64,000 nucleotides of DNA from a virus (IMGVR_UViG_3300042348_001285); one strand, 5' to 3'; counted from the first letter of the stretch, positions 45,588-54,576 are shown. Made by a program: numbers and translations. The notes: a model not told the origin generated them from the letters alone.

Positions 45588-45881
45588 TTAGAAATCGGGA
45601 TCAAGTTCTGTTGCGATGTCCATGAGTTTACTTCGCGTGGTATGACGCTGGAGACTTTGTGCTATTTCTGTCAGATTAAATTCGCCGGTAGCGTCATCAT
45701 AAAAATCATTCGGTCTGGAATGCTCCCATAGGAGTTCCTGTTCTGTTAATACTCGGATAATAAACGCAACATCCTCACGGCATTCTTCACACGGCTTCAC
45801 GCAAGGGCCTGCAGACGCAGGGTATCGACGTTGGCATAGTGCATTTACCAGGTTTTGGGGGACAGGTGATAGATCAGTCAT
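45588..45881 (-). CDS. LSPAAQ-family paralog
   Basis: MTDLSPVPQNLVNA...IIRVL...LMDIATELDPDF. Confidence 0.55.
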   Translation of the reverse strand: MTDLSPVPQNLVNALCQRRYPASAGPCVKPCEECREDVAFIIRVLTEQELLWEHSRPNDFYDDATGEFNLTEIAQSLQRHTTRSKLMDIATELDPDF

Positions 45882-46057
45882 TGTGGGTTTGGGGGTGTAG
45901 TCAGAGGTTGGAATCAAGTTCTGTTGCGATGGTCAAGGTTCCCTATTTGAGGGAGGACGCAAAAAAGAAGCACGACGCAAGGAAGCACAGCACCACAGGG
46001 TAAGATTGCCCTCCCGCGCAAATCAGAATCACACCACAAAGGGCGTATAGCTGTTTG

Positions 46058-46276
46058 TCAGTCATTTGATTCACCTGTTTCAACACGCAAATGGCGCACA
46101 GTGGGGTATCTCTCGGTAAGTGCTGCGGTCGCGCCACAGTGGGTGCAACTATGCGGGTACTGCACAGGGTCAGTCAGCCATGCGACTTTACCACGGGGTT
46201 CCATGGTTCCGATCCCGCACTTGTCGCACAGGTATTCAACGCCGACGACTCGGATTGGAAAGTTTCTCTCAGCCAT
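46058..46276 (-). CDS. Small Zn-ribbon protein
   Basis: YLCDKCG...YPHSCTHCG. Confidence 0.6.
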   Translation of the reverse strand: MAERNFPIRVVGVEYLCDKCGIGTMEPRGKVAWLTDPVQYPHSCTHCGATAALTERYPTVRHLRVETGESND

Positions 46277-46706
46277 TGGGGCCCTCTAGATCGGTGGCAA
46301 TGGCTCTGGGTTTTCGTTGCACAAAGTGGTGAAGATCGCCACCGGGCCAGAACCTCTTTCTGTTGTTTAATGCCACCTCTTGTTCTTCATAAAAAGCATC
46401 TCTCCAGAAATCATTGCGAGGATCGTTGTGGAAGCCTTTGTATCCTCCGCGATTCTCCCGATAGTACAGAGTCATTTTTGAAGCATACCATTCGTCAAAC
46501 TCCCAAACTTCTCGGGCAGACATAGTAAACTTGCACTCGGGGATGTCGTTTGTTTTGACTCCCCAAACTCCGGTATATGCCTCAGGATTATTGTGCCATA
46601 CGTCTCTGGCACTTAGCCACTCTCCCGAAATAGCGCACCATCTTTCAATGGGGTGAAGACTGCCTATGGCCACTCGGTAGTGAATGCAGGATGAACAGGG
46701 TGACAT
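46269..46706 (-). CDS. Hypothetical protein ending in AIATDLEGPNG
   Basis: 145-aa ORF overlapping both neighbours. Confidence 0.55.
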   Translation of the reverse strand: MSPCSSCIHYRVAIGSLHPIERWCAISGEWLSARDVWHNNPEAYTGVWGVKTNDIPECKFTMSAREVWEFDEWYASKMTLYYRENRGGYKGFHNDPRNDFWRDAFYEEQEVALNNRKRFWPGGDLHHFVQRKPRAIATDLEGPNG

Positions 46707-46957
46707 TAAATGGGGCCCTCCAACTCGGCGGCTAGGGCAAGGAGTTCGCGTCGGGTCTTGCTGCGCTGGTCTTGTCTGGTGTGGCCGTCTATCGGCGCTT
46801 GCTCTGGGAGAACCAGCTCAAGGGGAACTACCAGATCTGCCACGGCGCGAATGGTGACGGTGGCGACTTGGCGGTAGTAGACATCCCCGCGATCAATGCA
46901 GTCACTGGCAGCAATTTTGTTGACCACTGCTTGCGCGGCAGGTGATAGGTCAGCCAT
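46706..46957 (-). CDS. LSPAAQ-family paralog
   Basis: MADLSPAAQAVV...IRAVADLVVP...LLALAAELEGPI. Confidence 0.6.
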   Translation of the reverse strand: MADLSPAAQAVVNKIAASDCIDRGDVYYRQVATVTIRAVADLVVPLELVLPEQAPIDGHTRQDQRSKTRRELLALAAELEGPI

Positions 46958-47150
46958 TGGGGCCCTCCAACTCGGTGGCGATGGCGAGAATGTTCTTTTC
47001 AGTAATTCCAATATACTTGAGTTCCTGTGTAAGAGCACGAAGGGCGGCAGCCATACCCGCTGTATGCGGCCTATTATCGCGGTAAGCAATTAGTACCGCC
47101 TGCGCGGCAGGGGAGAGGTTGTCCGTTGGTTTGGGAGTTGATTCGTTCAT
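46950..47150 (-). CDS. LSPAAQ-family paralog
   Basis: LSPAAQAVLIAY...AAALRAL...ILAIATELEGPNG. Confidence 0.6.
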   Translation of the reverse strand: MNESTPKPTDNLSPAAQAVLIAYRDNRPHTAGMAAALRALTQELKYIGITEKNILAIATELEGPNG

Positions 47151-47255
47151 TTTCCTAAAGGTTTAACAAATAGCTCGTGAAGCATTACATCGTCGTCAGT
47201 CATTGCTTCTAGGGTTGTACATAATGAATGAGTTTAACCATTAGGCGGTTGTTGT

Positions 47256-47663
47256 TCACGATTCGCCCAAAATGTCAAGTTCGTAAATGCCAACAACTAT
47301 CATTTTCTCCCCGTGGTGGTTTGAGGCTAAGCCGGAGATTTTGTCGATCGTTCTTCTAGTTAGCTTCTTCACTTGGGCATAATGTGTGGCGGTTACCACT
47401 TTGGTTGACCCTTGAAGAGTGAACATGAAATCTCTCCAAGGTTCCGCAGGAACAGGTACATTTGCTAGTAACTCATCGTCCTCTGCTGCCATTTCTTCGG
47501 TGTAAACCACGGGGTTGCCCTCCAGAGTTTCCATGACATTTGCCAGCTCCAAAAGTTGCTCTTTTGTGAATGTCCCATCCAATTGAATTTGGTCGATTCC
47601 TACTTCGGCAATCCTATTAAGCCTATGGTCAGGGCGATTTGAGATTTTGTCAAGTTCGGTCAT
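47256..47663 (-). CDS. Hypothetical protein
   Basis: 135-aa ORF. Confidence 0.5.
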   Translation of the reverse strand: MTELDKISNRPDHRLNRIAEVGIDQIQLDGTFTKEQLLELANVMETLEGNPVVYTEEMAAEDDELLANVPVPAEPWRDFMFTLQGSTKVVTATHYAQVKKLTRRTIDKISGLASNHHGEKMIVVGIYELDILGES

Positions 47664-47868
47664 TTTGCTTGCGGGTTAAATAGCGAGGCAATCACATTGA
47701 TGCAATCTGGGCAAGGAACAAGGCGACCTTCGTCCCTGACAGTATAAGCAGCGTGGTCGATGTCCACGAAAGGAAGGTCAAAGTTGCTCAAGGGAAGGCC
47801 GCACCATGACTGCTTTGGGAGAGCCTCGTGAGTGTGCCGTATGCAGCGGATGTATGAGGGTCGTTTGC

Positions 47869-48084
47869 TCACGGTTTCTTCTGTGATACTGCGCCTAGAA
47901 CTCTCTTCCAATCTCTGTGAATGTTCTCTGCGTCTTTTGCAAAACCTTCCTCCGGATGTGCCCTGAGCCGAGTCTCAATCTTTCGGAGTTGCTTTTCATT
48001 ACGGTAGAACACCCTTCCCATTAAGAATCCGGTAGCACCGACAATGCCCGTATACACCATGAGAAAAAGAAATGTTGTAATCAT
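47869..48084 (-). CDS. Small membrane protein
   Basis: N-terminal TM helix. Confidence 0.5.
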   Translation of the reverse strand: MITTFLFLMVYTGIVGATGFLMGRVFYRNEKQLRKIETRLRAHPEEGFAKDAENIHRDWKRVLGAVSQKKP

Positions 48085-48476
48085 TGCTTATAAAGTTCAG
48101 ACATAATCAATGGGCGGATAGTATTGTATTGGTCATTCTTGACTAGGAAACGTAACATTTCCTCTTCCAAACCCTTAGTTACATCCCCAGCAATAGACGC
48201 TGCAAGTTTCTTTACGGCTTCAACTGCCGAAGCTCCATTATTTGCTTGAACCCCTGATGTTGAAAAAGTAACATCACGAGTAGTTTCTTTTCCGTTTAAT
48301 TTCCACCTCGCCCGCAGTGTGCAATTATTGATAATAACTGAGGTGTTGTGCCAATGGTCTACAGCCACAGACAGGGAATTTTCCGGTGCGACTAAGTCTT
48401 TTGTGTATAGAGACAGGTAGTAATCAGAAAGCTCTTGCCATTCGGTAAGTTGTTGTAGCGGGGTTTTGTCAGTCAT
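48081..48476 (-). CDS. Hypothetical protein
   Basis: 131-aa ORF. Confidence 0.5.
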   Translation of the reverse strand: MTDKTPLQQLTEWQELSDYYLSLYTKDLVAPENSLSVAVDHWHNTSVIINNCTLRARWKLNGKETTRDVTFSTSGVQANNGASAVEAVKKLAASIAGDVTKGLEEEMLRFLVKNDQYNTIRPLIMSELYKQ

Positions 48477-48545
48477 TGCTTAATGGGTGTGGAATTTTGT
48501 CGTATGGTAACCAGTGAGTGAGGTCGTTGCAGTCGTCGAGGTAAT

Positions 48546-49013
48546 CTAGGAGTTGATGCGGTTGAAAGTCTTGGCGGGTTGGGGGTTGGGTCCGGGCATA
48601 GCCTGCGGCACCCGTCCCTGGTCGGGGGCTACGCCCCCTCCCGAAATTTTTGGGTTTAGCTCAGAGGCAATTTCCCCCAGTTTCTCAACGATCGACATTT
48701 CACCTAAAGTTTCAAAATTCTCAAAGGTCTCATTGAGGTATAGGCTCTCGCCATTGGGACCAATCCAAGGGGTTCTGGATGGGAGGGGGCGTAAGTGGTT
48801 TGCAGCGGCCAGGAAAGCCACAGCCAGAATCTCCCGGTTAGCATAGCACGAACTGCACCCTTTCCAATCTTCATCAGACGGGTGGCAAGGTGGATCGTTG
48901 ACGTTGTCCCACTCCCAGAGGCATTGGGCTTTGGTAACTGCGTCACAGATTGATTCGGTGATTTGGTTTATGTCAGTTTTCAGAAAGTGTCTTTTATACA
49001 ACTTAAGATTCAA
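48546..49013 (-). CDS. Hypothetical protein (divergent LSPAAQ-like C-terminal half)
   Basis: LAVAFLAAANHL...LGEIASELN. The last codons are contributed by dispersed repeat copy 2. Confidence 0.45.
   Translation of the reverse strand: MNLKLYKRHFLKTDINQITESICDAVTKAQCLWEWDNVNDPPCHPSDEDWKGCSSCYANREILAVAFLAAANHLRPLPSRTPWIGPNGESLYLNETFENFETLGEMSIVEKLGEIASELNPKISGGGVAPDQGRVPQAMPGPNPQPAKTFNRINS
48588..48656. repeat. ~70-nt GC-rich dispersed repeat, copy 2
   Basis: Nearly identical to 42624-42692. Confidence 0.8.
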
Positions 49014-49248
49014 ATAGGGTGAATTGGTCAGGGTCAGCAGGCATGGCCTTTGGTGCTTTTACTCTTTCCGAAATTAGTTGCCGGTTGATCTCATCACACC
49101 AGGTTTTGTATGGGTAATACTCCCTCAACCCAAATGGATAAGCCTCTCGGAGTTTGCTGCGGAGGATTTTCAGGTCGGCAGTTCCAACTTCGGAGATGAC
49201 GCGGGCGATTATCGGAGCGGCCCGCTCTCTCCAGGTTAGGTATTTCAT
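49003..49248 (-). CDS. Small phage hypothetical protein
   Basis: TWRERAAPIIA...LREAYPFG.R...PYKTWCDEI. Confidence 0.6.
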   Translation of the reverse strand: MKYLTWRERAAPIIARVISEVGTADLKILRSKLREAYPFGLREYYPYKTWCDEINRQLISERVKAPKAMPADPDQFTLFES

Positions 49249-50414
49249 TGCTGGATGAATTTAAAAATTTCTTTCTTGGAAAGCCTAATGATTTGATTGT
49301 TTAGGATTTCTATTGAAGGGATGATCGTGGTGTCATCCGATACCTTAATTCCGGACAAAACGACAGACCCGGCTCTGATTTTACGTCTGGCATCGCTGGT
49401 GCTTTTTACTAGGTTGAGTGTTTTTAGCAGGTTGGCTAGTGGTATAGGGAATGTAATGCCGTTGAGAAGGGCGGTTGGCACGTTGCTGTCCGTAGGATCT
49501 GCCAGGCCAGAAAATACAATGGACTCAGCACTCTGTTTGGCCTCTAAGGCTTTGTCCATGCCGTGAAAGGTCGCCGTAACTTCGATTGCCATTTGCCGTT
49601 GCTTTTCACGGGGGTTGGTAGGGAAATCCTCTGGGCCACAATCAGTAAGCAAAGTGATGAACTCATTGACGGCACTATCGGAAATTTTCTCCAGTTTGGA
49701 AAACATGTGGAGAGGGTGCTCGTTGATTCCGATGGTGTTCCCAAGGCTCTTTGACATCTTTTGGTGGCCGTCGGTACCCACAAGAATGGGCATTAGCAGT
49801 CCGATTTGTTGCACTTCCGAGCCAAGTCCCCTTTGGATGGTTCGCCCGATACTGATGTTGAACTTTTGGTCGATGCCACCTAGTTCTACATCAGATTGGG
49901 CAACAAAGCTGTCGAAACCTTGCAGCAACGGGTACATGAACTCGTGCAAGCTGATTGGTGTTTCGTTTTTTAGACGGTTGGAGAAATCTTGCTTAGCCAA
50001 TAGCTGCTGCACAGTCATTAGAGACTGGAGCTTGATGATGTCGTTGAGTTGTAGGGATTCTAAGTGTGTGGAATTAAATATGATTTCGCATTTTTCTATG
50101 TCAAGGAATTTTCCCATAGTATCCAGAAAGGACCGCCCATTAGCGCTCACCACTTCAGGGTCAAGTTGCGGGCGAGTTGTGTTTTTGCCGGTTGGATCCC
50201 CAATCCTAGCAGTGAAATCACCGATAATTACAACCGGAGTATGACCCTCTTGCTGGAAGGCACGGAGCTTCCTCAGAAGCACAGAATGCCCCAGGTGCAA
50301 AAAATCTGAAGTCGGATCGAATCCAAGCTTGATGCGTTTGGGTTGTGATAGGAATTGGTTTAGGTTGGTGGCAGGTAGTACATCAACGATGCCGCTTTGT
50401 ATGGGTCTTATCAT
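49245..50414 (-). CDS. tyrS: Tyrosyl-tRNA synthetase
   Basis: KLGFDPTSDFLHLGH (HIGH-like), IGDFTARIGDPTGK, YPLLQGFDS, ELGGIDQKFN, KMSKSLGN and a C-terminal S4-like domain. Likely start ATG 50414. Confidence 0.95.
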   Translation of the reverse strand: MIRPIQSGIVDVLPATNLNQFLSQPKRIKLGFDPTSDFLHLGHSVLLRKLRAFQQEGHTPVVIIGDFTARIGDPTGKNTTRPQLDPEVVSANGRSFLDTMGKFLDIEKCEIIFNSTHLESLQLNDIIKLQSLMTVQQLLAKQDFSNRLKNETPISLHEFMYPLLQGFDSFVAQSDVELGGIDQKFNISIGRTIQRGLGSEVQQIGLLMPILVGTDGHQKMSKSLGNTIGINEHPLHMFSKLEKISDSAVNEFITLLTDCGPEDFPTNPREKQRQMAIEVTATFHGMDKALEAKQSAESIVFSGLADPTDSNVPTALLNGITFPIPLANLLKTLNLVKSTSDARRKIRAGSVVLSGIKVSDDTTIIPSIEILNNQIIRLSKKEIFKFIQQ

Positions 50415-50420
50415 GTTCCT

Positions 50421-50449
50421 ATTATAGGATCTCTTAGGCGGCAAGTAAA
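50421..50449 (-). promoter_or_regulatory. Sigma70-type promoter of tyrS (probably leaderless)
   Basis: TTTACT-N17-TATAAT, 6 nt before ATG 50414. Confidence 0.6.
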
Positions 50450-50495
50450 GGGCGGATAACCGAATGCTGGTGGGGGAATCTAAGGGGATTCTGGG

Positions 50496-51083
50496 TCAAC
50501 ATTCTGGGTCAACAATAGCCCAATGCGGCAACCAGTGAGTGTATTTATAGATTCTGCCCGAAAGATTGTAATTTTTAATGTCGGTGTCATGCTGTAATTT
50601 CTCCCAAAGTCCTTCGACGCCTGTACCATCAGTTCTCCACCACCAACATAGCCCATCTTCATCTGCATCAGTAAAGTCTGGAAGGCGGTCAAGTACAGAT
50701 ACCGGGTCTACTCGAACGTCCGCCATGATAGCTGCCTTGATTGTCTCAATGTCTTGGTGCTGTTCGCGGATGTCATTTGCACCGGATGCTATTGCGTTCA
50801 GGGCAGTCAAGGCTTGTTGGCGTGTTGGGGCTTGCTGCCCACCACTTTTCAAGCTGTCTAAGATTGTTCGTGTTTCACCTGAAAGCTCTCGAATTCTGAC
50901 CATACTAGCTTCGATCCTGAGATCGGCATCTCTGAGTTTCTTTTCTAGCTCGGATTCCAAAGTGGTTGTTGGGTGCAAGAAGCGTAACTTCCTAATGATT
51001 TGTAATTGTCTGCCGTACAATAGATAAACTGTAACCATGGTAACCAGTAGGCCAATCGTCAGAAAGAAGTCGTAGATAGTCAT
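50496..51083 (-). CDS. Membrane-anchored coiled-coil hypothetical protein
   Basis: N-terminal TM, coiled coil, C-terminal DADEDGLCWWW...YTHWLPHWAI. Confidence 0.55.
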   Translation of the reverse strand: MTIYDFFLTIGLLVTMVTVYLLYGRQLQIIRKLRFLHPTTTLESELEKKLRDADLRIEASMVRIRELSGETRTILDSLKSGGQQAPTRQQALTALNAIASGANDIREQHQDIETIKAAIMADVRVDPVSVLDRLPDFTDADEDGLCWWWRTDGTGVEGLWEKLQHDTDIKNYNLSGRIYKYTHWLPHWAIVDPEC

Positions 51084-51583
51084 TGTGATTCCGGTGAGTT
51101 TAAGTTGGCAGTTAAAGCCTTGCGAATCGTATCTGTGATTTCTGGCAAGTACCTGCCGTCTTTTTCGATTGTGCCTAGGAATTGTAGAGCCAACTCGTCT
51201 AGAGTTGGGGACTTTGGGCGCCGAATAGCACGAAGAACATTCCCAGATACATACGCTCCATTTATTTCCATAACGTTACAACAGGCATTTAGTTCACCAT
51301 CGGCAGCACTTTGCTCAAGGTACTGGATATACTCTCGGAGATATTCTACAATCTTTTCTGGAGTTGGAGTAATTCCTTTCCACTGCCAAAGAGAAGGGCC
51401 ATCACCACCGATTTCGTCAATGAAATTTGTGAGTGCGTCTGCCCACTGGTCTGATATTTTTAATTTGGTTCCAGAACTCGTGACATCTGCAATTTCTCTA
51501 GCAAATGCTTTATAGTCTGCCGTAGTTCGCCAAAGGTAATCAATTACTTCAGGTGAAACGGTAAATTCAAGTTTGGTGGTCAT
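51080..51583 (-). CDS. Hypothetical protein
   Basis: The C-terminal RRPKSPTLDELAL...IRKAL module is shared with 54573-55178. Confidence 0.55.
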   Translation of the reverse strand: MTTKLEFTVSPEVIDYLWRTTADYKAFAREIADVTSSGTKLKISDQWADALTNFIDEIGGDGPSLWQWKGITPTPEKIVEYLREYIQYLEQSAADGELNACCNVMEINGAYVSGNVLRAIRRPKSPTLDELALQFLGTIEKDGRYLPEITDTIRKALTANLNSPESQ

Positions 51584-51876
51584 TGGTTGTTGTTATTGGG
51601 GGGGGGGGGTTTCAAGTTCGGTGGCAATGTCAAATGTTAGCTTCGTGGGTTTGGTCATGGTTTAGGGTGGTTAAGCAACCAAGTATAGCGCTCCCTCTTT
51701 GCGAAAGAAAGGACGGCTAACCGACCCTTATCAAGCTACGGATAGCGTCTGCATTTTCCAGGAACCACTCCACTGCTTCCCAGTTATTTGCATACCAGTC
51801 ATCTAGGGACTCTAAGTAACCGCCCCCAAAAGTCCACTCATCATAGGGGCGGCGAGGTGATACATGTGGCATGGGG

Positions 51877-52242
51877 CTAAGTTTCGGTTTTTGCGATTCC
51901 ATCAAATTCGTTGGCAATGTCGCAAAGTTGATCTTTGCAGGAAAGTAGCATTCCGCCTTGAGAGTTTATTTCTGGGTCTAGAACAAGTTGATCAGCGGCG
52001 GCGCGAAGGGCAGCTGCAATTTGTCGGAGGCGTGTTGTTTCGATATCGCCGAGAGATACAGGTAAGTTCCAAGCCGCATCGAATACGGTCTGAGCGGTGG
52101 ATGTCAAGGGTGCTGGTTGGTCTTTTTCGGTGATATCCAAGGGGGGTTCCTTCATGTATTGGTAGCTGCCCGCGTATTCAAAACGGGGCTCTCCCCATAA
52201 TTGCAAAGCGGCAAGGAGGAGGCGGTGGCTTGAGTCAGCCAT
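51877..52242 (-). CDS. LSPAAQ-family paralog with N-terminal extension
   Basis: LTSTAQTVFDAA...IAAALRAAADQLV...LCDIANEFD. Confidence 0.55.
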   Translation of the reverse strand: MADSSHRLLLAALQLWGEPRFEYAGSYQYMKEPPLDITEKDQPAPLTSTAQTVFDAAWNLPVSLGDIETTRLRQIAAALRAAADQLVLDPEINSQGGMLLSCKDQLCDIANEFDGIAKTET

Positions 52243-52534
52243 TTTCCACCCTTAGCACAGAATCAACTGCTTCGTCAAATGATAGATTGGGGTCGCCTGA
52301 AAAAAATTTAATCTTCCAAATACAGCCTTCGCGGGGCAGAAACAAATCGTCATGTTTCGTGGCTTTGCTCTTGAGTGCGCGATACCGCTTAGCATCGAGG
52401 GCGTCTTGGGTAGTAGGGTTCAAGGATTGGTTATTCTCAGGGTCTGCCATGTGTAAAAAATATGCGGTAAGGTCGTTTTCTGCTCGTAATTGCAGAGCGG
52501 CCCGTAAGAGAGGTGGAAGCCTTAAGTCATCCAT
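52235..52534 (-). CDS. Hypothetical protein
   Basis: 99 aa, DALDAKRYRAL motif. Confidence 0.5.
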   Translation of the reverse strand: MDDLRLPPLLRAALQLRAENDLTAYFLHMADPENNQSLNPTTQDALDAKRYRALKSKATKHDDLFLPREGCIWKIKFFSGDPNLSFDEAVDSVLRVENG

Positions 52535-53068
52535 TGTAACTATCCAATTCTAAGGCAATAGCGCGAACTTCTTCTGGATGAATGTAGAGAGTCTCGCAAT
52601 CAACGACCCATGGATATTCCGTGAGGTCAGCAAGGGCACGGAGGGCGGCAGCGAGACCTTTGCGGAATTCGCATGTTGGGTCTGAGTCTGAGCCACATTC
52701 CGCATCAATAAAAGCATCAAGCAAGGCTTTGGCGATGGGACTTAGTGATGGCTTTTCGGATGAAGACACCGATGCAAGTACCGGCTTCTTAACGTATAGC
52801 ACCGACGCTGACCGGCCTGAACGTGTGGGTCGCTGATTTTCCTTGCCAGTTAAGGGGTCGGTTCGCTTCTCTAATTGACCCATTTGCACTAATTCCCGAC
52901 ACCGGGCAGAAGCAGTTTGGTGCAACATTGAAAGGTCTTGTTCGATCTCGTCGCAAGTGGCACCATTGGGTTTGGTTCGGATGTGGTTGAGAACCTTTAG
53001 CCTTAGGCTTCCTGCGATTTGGGCGACTGAGTTTGCGGCAGCTTTTTGGGTTTGGGTGGTGGTTGGCA
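52527..53068 (-). CDS. Winged-helix-like protein fused to an LSPAAQ-family domain
   Basis: VLNHI...GATCDEIEQDLSMLHQTASARCRELV..G...RPTRSGR, then LSPIAKALLDAF...LAAALRALADL...RAIALELD. Likely start MPTTTQ. Confidence 0.6.
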
Positions 53069-53184
53069 TGGTTGGTTTGGGTGGTGGGTTTGGGTGGTGG
53101 TTGGCATGGTGAGTGAGACCCCCAGTAGCTACTATGGCAGGCAGGCTAGGTGCGGCGGTGCTTTTACTATCAGCAGTTTGACCC

Positions 53185-53358
53185 TTAGGCATAGTGACCC
53201 ACTGCTCTAGCATAAAAGTCATTAAGTGCCTTAAGCACATCAGGCTCTAACACAACCACAGGCTCATTACGGTGGTCATTTACTATTAGTGAAACGGCAT
53301 ATCCGTCAAACTGGGCATATACGCCATCACCCAAATAGTCAATCCAGGGATCAGTCAT
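53185..53358 (-). CDS. Small hypothetical protein (57 aa, below ORF-track cutoff)
   Basis: MTDPWIDYLGDGVYAQFDGYAVSL...; the ATG overlaps the upstream TGA. Confidence 0.6.
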   Translation of the reverse strand: MTDPWIDYLGDGVYAQFDGYAVSLIVNDHRNEPVVVLEPDVLKALNDFYARAVGHYA

Positions 53359-53624
53359 TGAAATGTCAACTCACGGTCGGCTTCATACGTGAGCAGGGCT
53401 CGAAGTTGTTTCCGGAAATCGTACTCGTGTTCAACTAAAGATCCAAACCAAATTGGGTCTAATGGCTCTTCTTCTGGTACAAGCCAGTCGCGAATAGCTC
53501 GGATTCGAGCAGCATTGTAGTCTTCGTCGTTTAAACACTTACCGGTCTTCCCTTCTATTGCCAGAAGGTCGTCTTCTGACTTATCTATAGCTTGCCACAG
53601 TCTAGGGCCGGATTTTGTACTCAT
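53355..53624 (-). CDS. Hypothetical protein
   Basis: AARIRAIRDWLVPEEEP...LRALLT.EADR. Confidence 0.55.
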   Translation of the reverse strand: MSTKSGPRLWQAIDKSEDDLLAIEGKTGKCLNDEDYNAARIRAIRDWLVPEEEPLDPIWFGSLVEHEYDFRKQLRALLTYEADRELTFQ

Positions 53625-53723
53625 TAGGTCTCTTCGTTTGGTTCAAGCGTTGAGTTCATTGATCTGCAGGCGCTTATCTTTAGGCCGTATAGGACGCCGC
53701 TTTTACTTACCTCATTAAAATAG

Positions 53724-54131
53724 TCACTCCAGTGTGTATACGGCTCTGGGGGGCAGACCCGAAAATACGCAATTGGTGATGAGAGATAAAGGACTGTTGG
53801 TATTCATTGGTGGGTGATTGTCAGTGGTCATTGGTGGATGGTTTAGTGGTTTGATGGTTTCAGTGTCATCGTTAAATTCACCCTCTTTGGACCTAGTAAT
53901 CATCTCGTTTAGGTGCTGTTGGGCCCTATTCCACTCTTCTAGCGAACTGTCAAATTTCCCCTTAGAGGTGTCATTGAATACCCTAATCAAGTCGTGAACA
54001 GTGTTCATTTCCCCGTAAAGTAAAGAGGAGGAGTATTTTCTGTTGTTGTGGTATCTTAGCCAATTTACCATTTGGCCGAACGTTTCTTTCGAGAGTTTTG
54101 GTTTACTTTGGTCCATATTTTCAAAAGTCAT
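53724..54131 (-). CDS. Hypothetical protein
   Basis: 135-aa ORF. Confidence 0.45.
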   Translation of the reverse strand: MTFENMDQSKPKLSKETFGQMVNWLRYHNNRKYSSSLLYGEMNTVHDLIRVFNDTSKGKFDSSLEEWNRAQQHLNEMITRSKEGEFNDDTETIKPLNHPPMTTDNHPPMNTNSPLSLITNCVFSGLPPRAVYTLE

Positions 54132-54253
54132 CGTAATCGGCTCTCCACGAATGCGGCTAATCCTATGTAGATAACTCCTGCTACAACCACAGTGCTAACG
54201 GTACAAGCGGTACCGTAAAGGAGCGAAAGTGGAATTGTGAATGTGAACGTCAT
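54128..54253 (-). CDS. Small single-TM protein, paralog 3 (41 aa)
   Basis: MTFTFTIPLSLLYGTACTVSTVVVAGVIYIGLAAFVESRLR; ATGA overlap with the next gene. Confidence 0.6.
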   Translation of the reverse strand: MTFTFTIPLSLLYGTACTVSTVVVAGVIYIGLAAFVESRLR

Positions 54254-54316
54254 TGGGTACTTATGGTAATAATCAAAGGTGCGTGAGAAGGTCGCTGTGT
54301 GATAAGGTTTTGGTTA

Positions 54317-54457
54317 TTACTCCCAGGGCCCAAATCTATTGCCGCCGGTAACATGTTCTAGGAAAATAAAAGCCCCTAAACACATAAACACTAATGCCAC
54401 AAGTGCGGCAAAGCCTCCTGCTGTGTATAGCAGCCAGATTGGAATTGTGAATGTCAT
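54317..54457 (-). CDS. Small single-TM protein, paralog 2 (46 aa)
   Basis: MTFTIPIWLLYTAGGFAALVALVFMCLGAFIFLEHVTGGNRFGPWE. Confidence 0.65.
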   Translation of the reverse strand: MTFTIPIWLLYTAGGFAALVALVFMCLGAFIFLEHVTGGNRFGPWE

Positions 54458-54576
54458 TGCAGTTTAATTGATCGAAGGTAGTGAAGCGCCAAGGCTCCGA
54501 AGCAAGCTAGGGCAAGCGTCACAATAATTGCAGCGCCTCCTACAAATAAGAGCCAGATTGGAATGGTTACTGTCAT
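54454..54576 (-). CDS. Small single-TM protein, paralog 1 (40 aa)
   Basis: MTVTIPIWLLFVGGAAIIVTLALACFGALALHYLRSIKLQ; ATGA overlaps at both ends. Confidence 0.65.
   Translation of the reverse strand: MTVTIPIWLLFVGGAAIIVTLALACFGALALHYLRSIKLQ

Noticed and set aside
51598-51609. G homopolymer as a phase-variation switch
   Set aside because: It lies in a short remnant ORF or intergenic tract with no evident functional gene to switch, and may be a sequencing artefact.
53315-53345. TTGACT...TATATG as a promoter
   Set aside because: It lies inside a small coding sequence (53185-53358) and has a poor -10 match.
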